A stretch of 64,000 nt of DNA from Coraliomargaritaceae bacterium (lineage in GTDB: Bacteria; Verrucomicrobiota; Verrucomicrobiia; Opitutales; Coraliomargaritaceae), in the NCBI GenBank assembly GCA_965656495.1, contig CBFHKU010000001.1, positions 50,781 to 114,780 of the forward strand, written 5' to 3'. Shown here piece by piece: positions 39,774 through 49,686 of the stretch. How positions within the stretch are numbered: the first letter of the stretch is position 1; every line of letters starts with the position of its first letter. Both the position numbers and the translations under genes were made by a program. The notes beneath the pieces are model-generated. The model saw only the letters and a program-made list of their open reading frames with translations, did not search any database and was not told the origin of the DNA.

Positions 39774-39939
39774 AATTCGATTATAGCGGTCTTTGGGCTT
39801 GCTTCCGCAGGGACTTTTAACCACTTTGATGCGCTTGTTTCGGGTGTTTTGCCTTGGAACAAGTACAAATCAACAACAACCAACCAACAAAAGAAATTAT
39901 CATTTCTCCCGGGGTTCACGCTCCGGGCTTTGAACGATC

Positions 39940-40761
39940 ATGATCAATACAACTCCACAAGACCTGCTCGATGCAGGCGTCCATTTCGGTCACCAGCTTC
40001 GCCGCTGGAATCCGAAGTCCAAGCCCTACGTTTACGATAACCGTAACGGCATCTCCATCATCGACCTCGCGCAGACCCACGCCCTCTTGGGGAAAGCCTG
40101 TGAATTTGTCGAAAGCACCATTGCCTCCGGTAAGGATATTCTTTTCGTCGGCACCAAGAAGCAGGCGCAGGAAATCATGCGCGAGGCAGCGACCGCCAGC
40201 CAGATGCCATTCTGTGTGAATCGCTGGATGGGTGGAGGACTCACCAATTTTGCCACTATTAAGACCTCGCTCGCGAAATACCGCAAGTTCCTCAAAATGG
40301 AACAGGACGGCGAGCTCGAAAAACTCCCCGGTAAGGAAGAAGCCGCGATCCGTCGGCAAATGTCCCGTATGAATCGGAATTTTGAAGGAATCCTCGAGAT
40401 TAAGGAATTACCGGCTGCTCTTTTCGTGGTCGATACCCTCAACGAGGAAATCGCAGTCGCAGAAGCCAACCGTCTCGGCATCCCCGTTATCGGATTGGTC
40501 GATACCAATTCCGACCCCAGCGTGATCGACTACCCCATCCCGGGGAACGATGACGCCGTGAAGTCAATCCGCATCATTGTGGAAGCCATCATGGAGGCGG
40601 CTCAAAACGGACTTGCCCAGCGCGAAAGCAAGAGCGTCCAAAAAGACGTAACCCCGCTCCCCCGCGAACAGGTCTTTGAGCAGGAAGACGTTGAAGTCAC
40701 CCTCCCTGCAGGTTACGGCGAAGAAGAGGAAAACGCCGAAGCAAATAATGCGGAGCAGTAA
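39940..40761 (+). CDS. rpsB: 30S ribosomal protein S2
   Basis: LLDAGVHFGH, FVGTKKQA, RWMGG, DTNSDP, PGNDDA. Confidence 0.97.
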   Translation: MINTTPQDLLDAGVHFGHQLRRWNPKSKPYVYDNRNGISIIDLAQTHALLGKACEFVESTIASGKDILFVGTKKQAQEIMREAATASQMPFCVNRWMGGGLTNFATIKTSLAKYRKFLKMEQDGELEKLPGKEEAAIRRQMSRMNRNFEGILEIKELPAALFVVDTLNEEIAVAEANRLGIPVIGLVDTNSDPSVIDYPIPGNDDAVKSIRIIVEAIMEAAQNGLAQRESKSVQKDVTPLPREQVFEQEDVEVTLPAGYGEEEENAEANNAEQ

Positions 40762-40806
40762 ACTGTTCGCCGCGAAATCTTAACATAACTTCGATAGAAT
40801 CGTATC

Positions 40807-41400
40807 ATGAGTGTACAAATTAATGCTAAAATGGTCGGCGAGCTGCGCGAGAGCACAGGCGCTGGATTGATGGACTGCAAAAAAGCCCTGGTTGAATGCG
40901 AGGGCGATTTTGAAAAAGCCGGAGAATGGCTCCGCAAAAAGGGAATCGCTTCCGCCGCCAAAAAAGCGGGTCGCGATGCCAGCGAGGGCTTGATCGACAC
41001 CTACATCCACCTCGGTGGCAAGGTCGGCGTGCTCTGTGAAATTAACTGCGAAAGCGATTTCGTCGCCAAGACCGACGACTTCAAGCAATTCGTTCGCGAC
41101 ATCGCCATGCACATTGCGGCTGCCAGCCCGGTCTGCGTGTCCCGCGATGACATCGATCCTGCGCTGCTTGAAAAAGAGCGCGAAGTCGCACGCGGTCAGG
41201 CCGAGGGCAAGCCCGCTCAGGCGGTTGAGAAAATCGTGGAGGGCAAGGTCAACAAATACCTCAGCGAGAATTGCCTCCTCGAGCAGGCGTACGTCAAGGA
41301 TCCCGATCAAACCGTGCAACAGGTTTTGACCGCCATGATCGCCAAGATGGGTGAGAACATGATGATCAAGCGTTTTGCCCGTTTCCAGATCGGCGCTTAA
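40807..41400 (+). CDS. tsf: Elongation factor Ts (short form)
   Basis: LRESTGAGLMDCKKAL, NCESDFVA, LLEQAYVKD. Confidence 0.97.
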   Translation: MSVQINAKMVGELRESTGAGLMDCKKALVECEGDFEKAGEWLRKKGIASAAKKAGRDASEGLIDTYIHLGGKVGVLCEINCESDFVAKTDDFKQFVRDIAMHIAAASPVCVSRDDIDPALLEKEREVARGQAEGKPAQAVEKIVEGKVNKYLSENCLLEQAYVKDPDQTVQQVLTAMIAKMGENMMIKRFARFQIGA

Positions 41401-41424
41401 AATCCGCAACAAACAAGTTTCAAG

Positions 41425-41454
41425 AAACCAGCCCCGCAAGCGGCTGGTTTTTTT
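41425..41454 (+). terminator. Intrinsic terminator after tsf
   Basis: AAACCAGCC-loop-GGCTGGTTT plus T run. Confidence 0.8.
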
Positions 41455-41531
41455 GGCTTCCGATTCTTCGCGCAGCCCGTCCAATCAAAGATCACGCTTG
41501 CCTTTATCGGCATCCTTAAGAGCCTTTGCGC

Positions 41532-42626
41532 ATGGGGAAAAAACGTTATGTTGTCATCATGGCAGGTGGGCGCGGGGAGCGTTTTTGGCCGGAGAGTCGC
41601 CTCGCGCAACCGAAGCAATTGCTGCCGATCGTAGGGGAGAAGGCGATGCTCGCGCAGACAATCGACCGGTTGGAGGGCCTCGTTGCAACGGAGGATATTT
41701 TTGTCATTACCAATGCGGAGCAACGCGAGGCGGTCCTAAAGGTTTGCCCGGAGCTTGACCCCGCGAATGTGATCGGGGAACCGGTCGGTCGTGATACCGC
41801 CGCCGCGGTGGGTCTCGCGACGATTTTGGTGAGGCGATTGGATGCGGAGGCGAGTTTCGCGATGTTGCCCGCCGATGCCGTCATTCATGATGCGGCGGGT
41901 TTGCGTGCGAGTCTGCTGGCGGCATTTGAAGCAGCGGAGGCGGACCCGGTCCTCGCAACGATTGGAATCACCGCGACCCATCCCGCCACCGGTTACGGCT
42001 ATATTCAACAGGGCAAAGCGCGGGGGGAATACGCCGGCAGCACGGTTTACAAGGTGGCGCGTTTTGTTGAAAAACCCGATGCCGCGACTGCGCAGGCATA
42101 CCTGGACGCCGGCGATTATTTTTGGAATGCCGGCATGTTTATATGGTCCGTTAATGCCATCGCGACCGAACTGGAACGGAATACCCCCGGGCTTTGGGCG
42201 GCGCTACAGGCGATTGCCGCGGGATTGGATGCAGGTGAAAATCTCGATGCCCTCCTCGCGGAACATTATCCCGCTTTGGAAAAAATTTCGGTCGATTACG
42301 CCATCATCGAGAAGGCTGCGGAGGTCGTCATGCTGGAGAGCCGTTTCGATTGGGATGACGTCGGCGAATGGCCGGCGGTGGCGCGTCATTACCCGGCGGA
42401 CGAGCAGGGCAATGTCATTCGTGGAACCGCGCATCTCGAGGAATCCAAGGGGAATATTGTTTTTAGCCGTGACCCCGATCACTTGGTCGCGCTCCTGGGG
42501 GTCGAGGATTTGATTGTGGTGAAGACTGATGATGCCACCCTGGTTTGCCATAAGGATCAGGCACAGGCCATCAAGCATATGGTGAAGGCGATTGGTGCGC
42601 AGGCCGCCCTCAAGCATCTGATGTAA
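41532..42626 (+). CDS. manC: Mannose-1-phosphate guanylyltransferase (monofunctional, no cupin domain)
   Basis: IMAGGRGERFWP, PKQLL, EPVGRDTA, TGYGYI, FVEKP, WNAGMF, WDDVG. Confidence 0.9.
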   Translation: MGKKRYVVIMAGGRGERFWPESRLAQPKQLLPIVGEKAMLAQTIDRLEGLVATEDIFVITNAEQREAVLKVCPELDPANVIGEPVGRDTAAAVGLATILVRRLDAEASFAMLPADAVIHDAAGLRASLLAAFEAAEADPVLATIGITATHPATGYGYIQQGKARGEYAGSTVYKVARFVEKPDAATAQAYLDAGDYFWNAGMFIWSVNAIATELERNTPGLWAALQAIAAGLDAGENLDALLAEHYPALEKISVDYAIIEKAAEVVMLESRFDWDDVGEWPAVARHYPADEQGNVIRGTAHLEESKGNIVFSRDPDHLVALLGVEDLIVVKTDDATLVCHKDQAQAIKHMVKAIGAQAALKHLM

Positions 42627-42634
42627 ATGCCGCA

Positions 42635-43087
42635 ATGAATTATTTGGGAATCGATTGGGGTGAAAAACGGATCGGGTTGGCGTTTGCGGATTCTCTGGGC
42701 ATCGCGGTGCCTTTGCCCGCCGCGGTGGCCAGTACCAAGCAAGCGCGGATGCAGCAGATCGAAGCCGCCATCACCGAGCGGAAGGTCGATGCCCTCGTGG
42801 TCGGTTACCCCTTGAATATGGACGGCAGCGTCGGCTTTAAAGCCAAGGAAGTGGACGCCTTTATTGCAGTCTTGGAAGGCCGCTTCAAATTACCCGTACA
42901 TCGCCTCGACGAACGTTTGTCGAGTCATTCAGTGGAGCAGCATCTGAAGGGATCAAAGAAAAAACCCGACCGCAAGAGCGGGGCGATCGATTCCAGCGCT
43001 GCCGCGCTCATCCTGCAGGATTTTATCGAAGAGCAGCGTTTCCGGAGCGGCTTTGATGAAGAAGACGAGGGGAACTTTGAACATTGA
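42635..43087 (+). CDS. ruvX: RuvX/YqgF family nuclease (pre-16S rRNA processing)
   Basis: LGIDWGEKRIGLA, VVGYPLNMDG, DERLSS, DSSAAALIL. Confidence 0.93.
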   Translation: MNYLGIDWGEKRIGLAFADSLGIAVPLPAAVASTKQARMQQIEAAITERKVDALVVGYPLNMDGSVGFKAKEVDAFIAVLEGRFKLPVHRLDERLSSHSVEQHLKGSKKKPDRKSGAIDSSAAALILQDFIEEQRFRSGFDEEDEGNFEH

Positions 43088-44062
43088 ATATTGAACGTTG
43101 AAGAGGTTGTTCGTTGATGGTTGTTAGTTGGGATTACTCTTAATCTTATTCTTAATCCTAATCTTACTCTTAGGGACGTTGAACCGCGTATTTTTAACCA
43201 CGAATGGACACGAATGGGCACGAATGGGAGGTGGGAGAACTTCCAACATTCAACTAACAACATATAACTCCACACTCCTAATCTTACTCTTAATAAGAAA
43301 AGTGTTGTATTACGTGGAAGCGGCAATCCTGCCGCTTTGGAATCAAGGTTTTGTTTTCACCACCGTGGCGCGGAGAACACGGAGATTAAATGGTGGGAAA
43401 GTGGGAAGGTTGAAGAACTTCGAACATTGAACATCGAACATCGAACGTTGAAGGGAATTTGGTGGTGGGAAAGTATGAAGGTGGGAAGGTATGAAAGTTG
43501 AAGTTCGGCGTTCGAGGTTCGATGTTCAGTGTTCGATGTTGGACGTTTATCCGGTGCTCTGCCCTGAGGCCAGCTTAGCTGGCGACCGCTGATGGGCGCT
43601 TATTTTCGCTAATCCTTAAAATGGAACTATTAGTGTTTATAAGCTAGAATGGGGTTGGCGTTGTAGGTTGTTAGATGGGATCAGTCTTAATCTTAATCTT
43701 ATTCTTACTCTTAGGAACGTTGAACCGCGTATTTTTAACCACGAATGGACACGAATGGGCACGAATGGGAGGTGGGAGAACTTCCAACATTCAACTAACA
43801 ACATATAACTCCACACTCCTAATCTTACTCTTAATAAGAAAAGTGTTGTATTACGTGGAAGCGGCAATCCTGCCGCTTTGGAATCAAGGTTTTGTTTTCA
43901 CCACCGTGGCGCGGAGAACACGGAGATTAAATGGTGGGAAAGTGGGAAGGTTGGAAAGTAGGAATGTTTGAAATATTCAACTTAACCACTTTGTGTCCTT
44001 TGTGCCTCAGTGGTGAGTTCGAAGGGGAGTAAGATTAAGATTAGGATTAAGAGTAAGATTAA
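43072..44062. repeat. Intergenic mosaic (cluster C) containing an exact 237-bp direct repeat
   Basis: 43176-43412 identical to 43717-43953; REPs at 43314 and 43855; same micro-repeat modules as clusters A, B and D. Confidence 0.92.
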
Positions 44063-44080
44063 AAGGAGGGAGGGGTGCTG

Positions 44081-45898
44081 CTAATCGCGTTCGCCCTGTT
44101 TGAGTTGGTCGCGGACGGGATCAATATAAATCGAGACGTTGGCTTCTTCGTGCCCGAGTTGTTCTTTGGCGCGTTTGAGGGCCTTGGCAGTTGAAAGGGT
44201 GGGGTTGTGGGGTTCGTCCTCAAAGATGTTGCGGTGCTCGATGTAATCATAGAGACGGGCGTTTTTCAGGACGCGAATGAGGTCGGCCTTCGCTTCGCTG
44301 AGAATGAGGTAACGTCCCTTCTCGTTCATGTAGTGCATGAGTTCTTCGAGTGCCATGACGCCGGAGGCGTCCATGTGATGGGCGTTGCGCATTTTAAGGA
44401 TGACAATCTTGAGGTTGGGGTCTTCGCAGATGCGGCGCATTTGGTCGCGGAAGAGATCGGCGGCGCCAAAGAAAAGTTCGCCCTCGACGTGCACGATGGA
44501 GACTTCGGGGGTATTGCGTTCTTCGGGCTTTGCCATCTCGGCGAGTTGACCGCTGTCGTTGAAGGTGTACTCGACCATTTCCGGGCGGGCGGCTTTTTTG
44601 AGGAAGAGCATGATGGAAATCGCGACGCCGGAATAGATGGCGGTGTCGAGGGGGAGGAGGAGGCCGCTGAGGAAGGTCACCCCAAAGACGATGGCATCGG
44701 AACGGGTTGCGTGCGTGACGATGCGGATGCTCTTTGTGTTGATGAGTGCAATGCCGATCGTGATGACGAGGACCGCGAGCACGCATTGCGGGATATAACC
44801 GGTGAGGGGGCCGATGAGAAAAGCTCCGACCAGAACGATGACGCCGCTGATGAGACTGGCGATGGGGGTGCGGCCCTTGCTGGCTTCGCTGAGGGTGGAA
44901 CGGGTGAGGGAACCCGAGGCGGGCATCCCGGAGGCAAAGGCACAGGCGATGTTGGACATCCCGATGGAGAACATGGCCTGATTGGCGTTGAGGCGTGCGC
45001 CGGTTTTGGCGGCGAGGGATTTCCCGATGGAGAGGCCTTCCAGGACGCAGAGGAGGGCGATTGCGAGGGCGGGGCTGACCAGCATGCTGAGGGATTCGCC
45101 ATTGATGGTGGGCAACCCGAGTTGCCAGGAGCTGGCATCAATGGCGTTGAGGTGCTGGATTCCGGTCGCGGACTCGGGGCCGATTAAGAGGGCATTGAGG
45201 GCACTGACGACCACGAGGCAAATCGCGACATTGGGCAGGAATCGAAGCCGCCAGTTCAGGAGCAGGTAAATGATGGCGGTGATGCAACTGACCGCGATGG
45301 TCAACCAATGGACGGAGTCGACCGAAGCAGCCATGAGGCTGATCGATTCAAAAAAAGTCGCGCCCTTCGCCTCCATTTCAAGGCCGAGGGTCTTGGGGAT
45401 TTGATTGGTGATAATCAAGAGCGCGGCGGCGGTGATATAACCGGTGATAACGGAACGGGAAATATATTGCACCAGGTTGGCGACTTTGAAGTAGGCACCC
45501 ACCGCAATGAAGCAACCGGTCAGGAGAATGAGCAGCGGGACGTAGGTAATTTTTTCAGCCCCGGTAATCCCCATGCTGGCAAACGCGGAGAACAGCATGA
45601 CCGCAGTCGCGTTAGTCGGGCCCAGCGTAATGAATCGGCTCTTTGAAAAGATCGGTGAAATAAGGCACGCCACCGCAGAACCGTAGATGCCGTATTGGAT
45701 CGGGAGGCCTGCGATAAGGGCGTATGCCATGCCCTGAGGGAAGGCGAGGAGGGCAACGTTGATTCCGGCGCGAAGATCACCGGAAAAGTCGCTGCTTTGG
45801 TAGCCCCCTATAGTGTGGCGCAGCGGGAAGAATTGAAGCGCGTTATAGCGTCGCGCTGCTTGCAGGGAACTCTTAAAAAACTCGATAATCGCGGCCAC
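44081..45898 (-). CDS. SulP family anion transporter with STAS domain
   Basis: DLRAG...PQGMAYA, GPT, SGSLTRS, C-terminal GELFFGAA...MDASG. Confidence 0.92.
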   Translation of the reverse strand: MAAIIEFFKSSLQAARRYNALQFFPLRHTIGGYQSSDFSGDLRAGINVALLAFPQGMAYALIAGLPIQYGIYGSAVACLISPIFSKSRFITLGPTNATAVMLFSAFASMGITGAEKITYVPLLILLTGCFIAVGAYFKVANLVQYISRSVITGYITAAALLIITNQIPKTLGLEMEAKGATFFESISLMAASVDSVHWLTIAVSCITAIIYLLLNWRLRFLPNVAICLVVVSALNALLIGPESATGIQHLNAIDASSWQLGLPTINGESLSMLVSPALAIALLCVLEGLSIGKSLAAKTGARLNANQAMFSIGMSNIACAFASGMPASGSLTRSTLSEASKGRTPIASLISGVIVLVGAFLIGPLTGYIPQCVLAVLVITIGIALINTKSIRIVTHATRSDAIVFGVTFLSGLLLPLDTAIYSGVAISIMLFLKKAARPEMVEYTFNDSGQLAEMAKPEERNTPEVSIVHVEGELFFGAADLFRDQMRRICEDPNLKIVILKMRNAHHMDASGVMALEELMHYMNEKGRYLILSEAKADLIRVLKNARLYDYIEHRNIFEDEPHNPTLSTAKALKRAKEQLGHEEANVSIYIDPVRDQLKQGERD

Positions 45899-45991
45899 AA
45901 TTGAAGCAATGACGGAAGCAAAGTTAAAGCGAGCTTCGCTTTGTTGTTAGAACCCCATAATTCTTCATCCAGACCCGCCGTTTGGCAACGT

Positions 45992-46777
45992 TTAATCGCC
46001 CGGATAAAGGCTTGCCATGACCTGCGCGTGAAGGGCGGGTTTCGCGGCAATGATGCAACGTTCGTCAAAGGCATCGCCGCCTTTCCAACCGGTTGCCTTA
46101 AAGCCCGCGCCCTCGAGGCAGGGCAGGATCGCGGCGCAATCCCAGATCTCCATGAGGGGATCGCACATGATATCGATGAAGCCCGAGCACAAGAGGATGT
46201 AGCCCCCCGCGTCGCCCCAGGAGCGGTAGAGCGCGGTCTTGGGCGGGAGTTCGTCCCAACGCGCTTCGTTTTGCCAGAGCGTTGGGCGGATCGGATCGGT
46301 AGTGCAAAGAGTCGCCTCCGCAAGGCTCGCGGTTTCCCGTCCCTGCACCGGTTTGCCGTTCAGGGTGGTGACCTTGCCGTCCCCTAGGATGAGTTGTTCC
46401 GTGACCGGTTGATTGATCGCTCCGATTACGGGGCGACCCTTATAAAGGAGCGCGATGAGCGTCGCAAAAAGCGGCACCCCGGAAATAAAGGATTTCGTGC
46501 CGTCCACCGGATCCAGAACCCAGACAAATTCGGCGTCCTCGCGCACGCGGCCATATTCCTCCCCGATGATCCCGTGTTCGGGATAGCGCGCCTCGATGAT
46601 TTCGCGGATGCGTTTTTCGGCATTGCGGTCGGCGAGCGTTACCGGGGTGGCATCGGACTTGCGCTCGATTTCGACCTCGGGCCCGTAGTGCGGGAGGATC
46701 TCTTTGGCGGCTTCGTGGCAGAGTTCCACCGCAAAGGCTTTGAAGGTTTCGTTTTGTTCAGAGCTGAGTTCAGACAT
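45992..46777 (-). CDS. hisN: Inositol-monophosphatase-family histidinol-phosphatase
   Basis: TPVTLADRNAE, GEEYG, WVLDPVDGTKSF, IWDCAA; HisN versus generic IMPase assignment is inferred. Confidence 0.7.
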   Translation of the reverse strand: MSELSSEQNETFKAFAVELCHEAAKEILPHYGPEVEIERKSDATPVTLADRNAEKRIREIIEARYPEHGIIGEEYGRVREDAEFVWVLDPVDGTKSFISGVPLFATLIALLYKGRPVIGAINQPVTEQLILGDGKVTTLNGKPVQGRETASLAEATLCTTDPIRPTLWQNEARWDELPPKTALYRSWGDAGGYILLCSGFIDIMCDPLMEIWDCAAILPCLEGAGFKATGWKGGDAFDERCIIAAKPALHAQVMASLYPGD

Positions 46778-46895
46778 GACAATTCATTCGTTCTTGATGG
46801 AACTTGTGCTTTCTCCCCTGCGGAAGCAATCGCAGAAGTTTGAAAAAACGCACTCGGGGTTCGACCTGCGGGAAAGGATTGTCAAGCTGGGCGGT

Positions 46896-47576
46896 ATGTT
46901 GGGAATTCCGATCCACGTCATTGACTTTGAGGGGAGCCGCCGGAGCGGCATCGTGGAGTATGGGGTGGTCACCCTCGAAGGGGCGGCAATCACCGCAGCG
47001 CAGACTCGTTTGTGCGCGCCGATTGGTGCGATGCAGGCGCGGGAAATCCAGCAACACGGCATCGGGGAGAAGCTGCTGGCGGGAGCCAAACCTTTCAGTG
47101 AGGACTGGGATTACTTTGCGGGCCTGCGTGCTACCGGGCCGCTCTGTGCCCACAACGCCGGCTATGAGGCCGCCCTTTTAACGGACGTCTGGGCGTGCCC
47201 GCGCCGTTCGCCCGACTTCGCGCGGCCCGATTCGGATGCCGGTATCGCGGACTGGGGCCCTTGGCTCGATACCCTGCAACTATACCGTCGGCTCTATCCC
47301 GATCTCGAACGACACAACCTCGGCGACCTGATCGGGTTCTTCGATTTGAGCCAAAGCCTTGAATCCTTGGCGGCGGAATATTGCCCGGAAAATCGCCGCC
47401 GGTATCACTCCGCCCTTTACGATGCCCTTGCCTCGGCTTGCCTGCTCTTGCATTTATTCAAAGAACCCGCCTTAAAGGAAATAAGCCTTGTCTGGTTGCT
47501 CCAACAAAGCGCCCCCTCCGGAGCGGCCCGCGAAGCCCTCAGCCAAACTGAATTCCCTGACGATGCCGGATGCTAA
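46896..47576 (+). CDS. DEDDh 3'-5' exonuclease (DnaQ-like)
   Basis: VIDFEG, AHN, WLDTL, HSALYDA. Confidence 0.85.
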   Translation: MLGIPIHVIDFEGSRRSGIVEYGVVTLEGAAITAAQTRLCAPIGAMQAREIQQHGIGEKLLAGAKPFSEDWDYFAGLRATGPLCAHNAGYEAALLTDVWACPRRSPDFARPDSDAGIADWGPWLDTLQLYRRLYPDLERHNLGDLIGFFDLSQSLESLAAEYCPENRRRYHSALYDALASACLLLHLFKEPALKEISLVWLLQQSAPSGAAREALSQTEFPDDAGC

Positions 47577-48543
47577 ACTTATCTTTTTTGGATCGGACGC
47601 GATTTGCCTACCGGTCTTGAACTACCTGCACGGGATCGCGGGACAGGGCGCGGTTTTGCGGGCGGTGGTTTCGCAACCCGATCGCCCGCGGGGGCGGGGC
47701 AAGCAATTACAAGCCAACCCCGCCGCGGCATGGGCGCGGGAAAAGGGGGTGGAATTGCTGCAACCCGCGCAACCCGATTCCGACTTGGCGGATTGGATTC
47801 AGGCGGAGGGGATTCAAGCCTCCCTCGTGATGGCATACGGGCATTTTTTACCGCGGATAGTGCGCGAGGCGAGCCCCGGCGGGATGGTGAATTTTCACGG
47901 CTCCCTGCTCCCCGCATACCGGGGCGCTTCGCCGGTTGAGACGGCCCTTGCGGAGGGTGACGCCGAGACCGGGGTCTGTCTCATGGCGGTGGGCAAGGAA
48001 ATGGATGCCGGCGGGGTCGCGGATGTGGAACGTGTTTGTATCGAGGAAACGGATACAGCCGTCAGCCTGCGCGCCCGCATCGGGGAAGCGGTGGTGCCCT
48101 TGCTCGAACGCAATTTGTCCGACCTGCTGGAAGGTCGGCTCCGCTTTGCGCCGCAGGATCCCGCTGCGGCGACTTATTGCCGCAAAATTCAAAAGAGCGA
48201 CGGGATCCTGGATTTCGATTTGAGTGCGGCGCGTTTGGATTGCCGTCTGCGCGCCTTTACTCCCTGGCCGGGTGGTTCCTTTGAGTATGCGGAAATGACG
48301 ATCAAGGTCGGGCGGGCGGAAGCGATCCCGCGCGGCAGCGAGGCGGCACCCGGTACGGTTTTGTCGGCGGATGCCAATGGTCTGGTGGTGGCGACCGGTT
48401 CGGGGATGCTGTGTCTTTATGAATTGCAACGCCCCGGCGGGCGTATGTTGGCGGTGGGGGAATTTCTGCGCGGGTTTCCCATTGCGGTGGGCGAACGGCT
48501 TACGGGCGCGTGCGCTGCGCCACTGGTGCGCGAAACCCTTTAA
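47563..48543 (+). CDS. fmt: Methionyl-tRNA formyltransferase
   Basis: SQPDRPRGRG, AYG, NFHGSLLPAYRGASP, MDAG, RAFTPWPG. Confidence 0.93.
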   Translation: MPDAKLIFFGSDAICLPVLNYLHGIAGQGAVLRAVVSQPDRPRGRGKQLQANPAAAWAREKGVELLQPAQPDSDLADWIQAEGIQASLVMAYGHFLPRIVREASPGGMVNFHGSLLPAYRGASPVETALAEGDAETGVCLMAVGKEMDAGGVADVERVCIEETDTAVSLRARIGEAVVPLLERNLSDLLEGRLRFAPQDPAAATYCRKIQKSDGILDFDLSAARLDCRLRAFTPWPGGSFEYAEMTIKVGRAEAIPRGSEAAPGTVLSADANGLVVATGSGMLCLYELQRPGGRMLAVGEFLRGFPIAVGERLTGACAAPLVRETL

Positions 48544-49595
48544 CTCGCGCAACAGCTCCCCTGTTTGGGGCGGCGGTTTCGGAGCCAGGCGCCCAGCAGG
48601 AGCGCGACCAGCAATGCCCCGGCAAAATGTTGCCATATTTGCAACGAGGTCTCGTGGACATGTGAATGCTCCGAAAAATCCCAGTTACCGGAGAGCGCGT
48701 CGAACGCTGCACCCGCGACCCACGCCACCAATAACAGACCCGCGAGGTAGAGCAGGGTGGCGCGTTGCCCGAGCATTTTCCAAGCGGCAATCACAGTGGT
48801 GGTATTGGTCGCCGGTCCCACGATGAGAAAGACCAACGCCGCCCCGGGGCTGAGTCCCGCCATCAAGAGGGCATAGGCGAGCGGAATGGAAGCGGTGGCA
48901 CAGACATAGAGCGGCAGGCTCAAAAGCGTCGCGAGGGTGTAGGCGGCGATGGGGCTGTTGATTTGCGCCCCCAGCCATTGCTCCGGCAGGAGCACCGTCA
49001 GGAGACCCGCGAGTAGGAGGCCCAAGCCCAGCGCGGGGGCGAGGTCGGCGGGGAGGGTTAGGAGCCCGTGCCGTAAACCCGCCTGCAGATTCGGGGATTC
49101 CGGCTTCGCGCAACAAGGGGCGGGGGCTTCCTTGAGCGGGGTGAAAATCGGGGCGCTGACCGGTTTGAAGGTCGGCGTTTCCCGCGCAAAGCGATCAATC
49201 AAAGCGCCGCTCAAAAACCCGCTGATAAAAGCCACTCCGACCCGGATGAGGGCAAAGGGGCCACCCATGAGGGCATAGGTCGCGAGCATACTGTCGATTC
49301 CGGTCTGGGGGGTGGAACTGAGAAAGGCGGCGGTGGCGGCGCGGTTCGCACCGTTTTTGCGCAGGGATCCCGCCACCGGAATGACCGAGCAGGAACAAAG
49401 CGGGAGGGGCACGCCGAGGAGGGCGGCCTTCACCACGCCCGCAAATCCGGGTTTGCCAAGTTGTGCTTGAATGTAGCTTGGGCGAATCAACCAATGCAGC
49501 AGGCCCGCCGCGAGAAAGCCAAAGAGGAGATAGGGCGCCATCGCTGCAATCAATTGCCAGGTCGTTATCAAAAAGAACTGCACTTGGGATGCCAT
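48540..49595 (-). CDS. SO_0444/DUF318-type metal permease
   Basis: GVPLPLCSCSVIP, STPQTGIDS, PLYVCATASIP, GPATN; His-rich HSHVH and terminal CC. Confidence 0.82.
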   Translation of the reverse strand: MASQVQFFLITTWQLIAAMAPYLLFGFLAAGLLHWLIRPSYIQAQLGKPGFAGVVKAALLGVPLPLCSCSVIPVAGSLRKNGANRAATAAFLSSTPQTGIDSMLATYALMGGPFALIRVGVAFISGFLSGALIDRFARETPTFKPVSAPIFTPLKEAPAPCCAKPESPNLQAGLRHGLLTLPADLAPALGLGLLLAGLLTVLLPEQWLGAQINSPIAAYTLATLLSLPLYVCATASIPLAYALLMAGLSPGAALVFLIVGPATNTTTVIAAWKMLGQRATLLYLAGLLLVAWVAGAAFDALSGNWDFSEHSHVHETSLQIWQHFAGALLVALLLGAWLRNRRPKQGSCCAS

Positions 49596-49686
49596 GTGCA
49601 GAGCTTACGCGAGATGCGCCACCCGAGACAACACGGATTTAAAAATTGGACTTGGCGCGGCGGCGGGATGAATGAATGTTGTTGGG

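Noticed and set aside
43128..43971. Duplicated small ORFs (about 100 aa) in cluster C, and similar ORFs at 1632-1901, 24214-24813 and 50375-50968
   Set aside because: They are translations of the repeat modules (LILILIL, VEAAILPL, MFDVRCS) with no start context or protein-family features.
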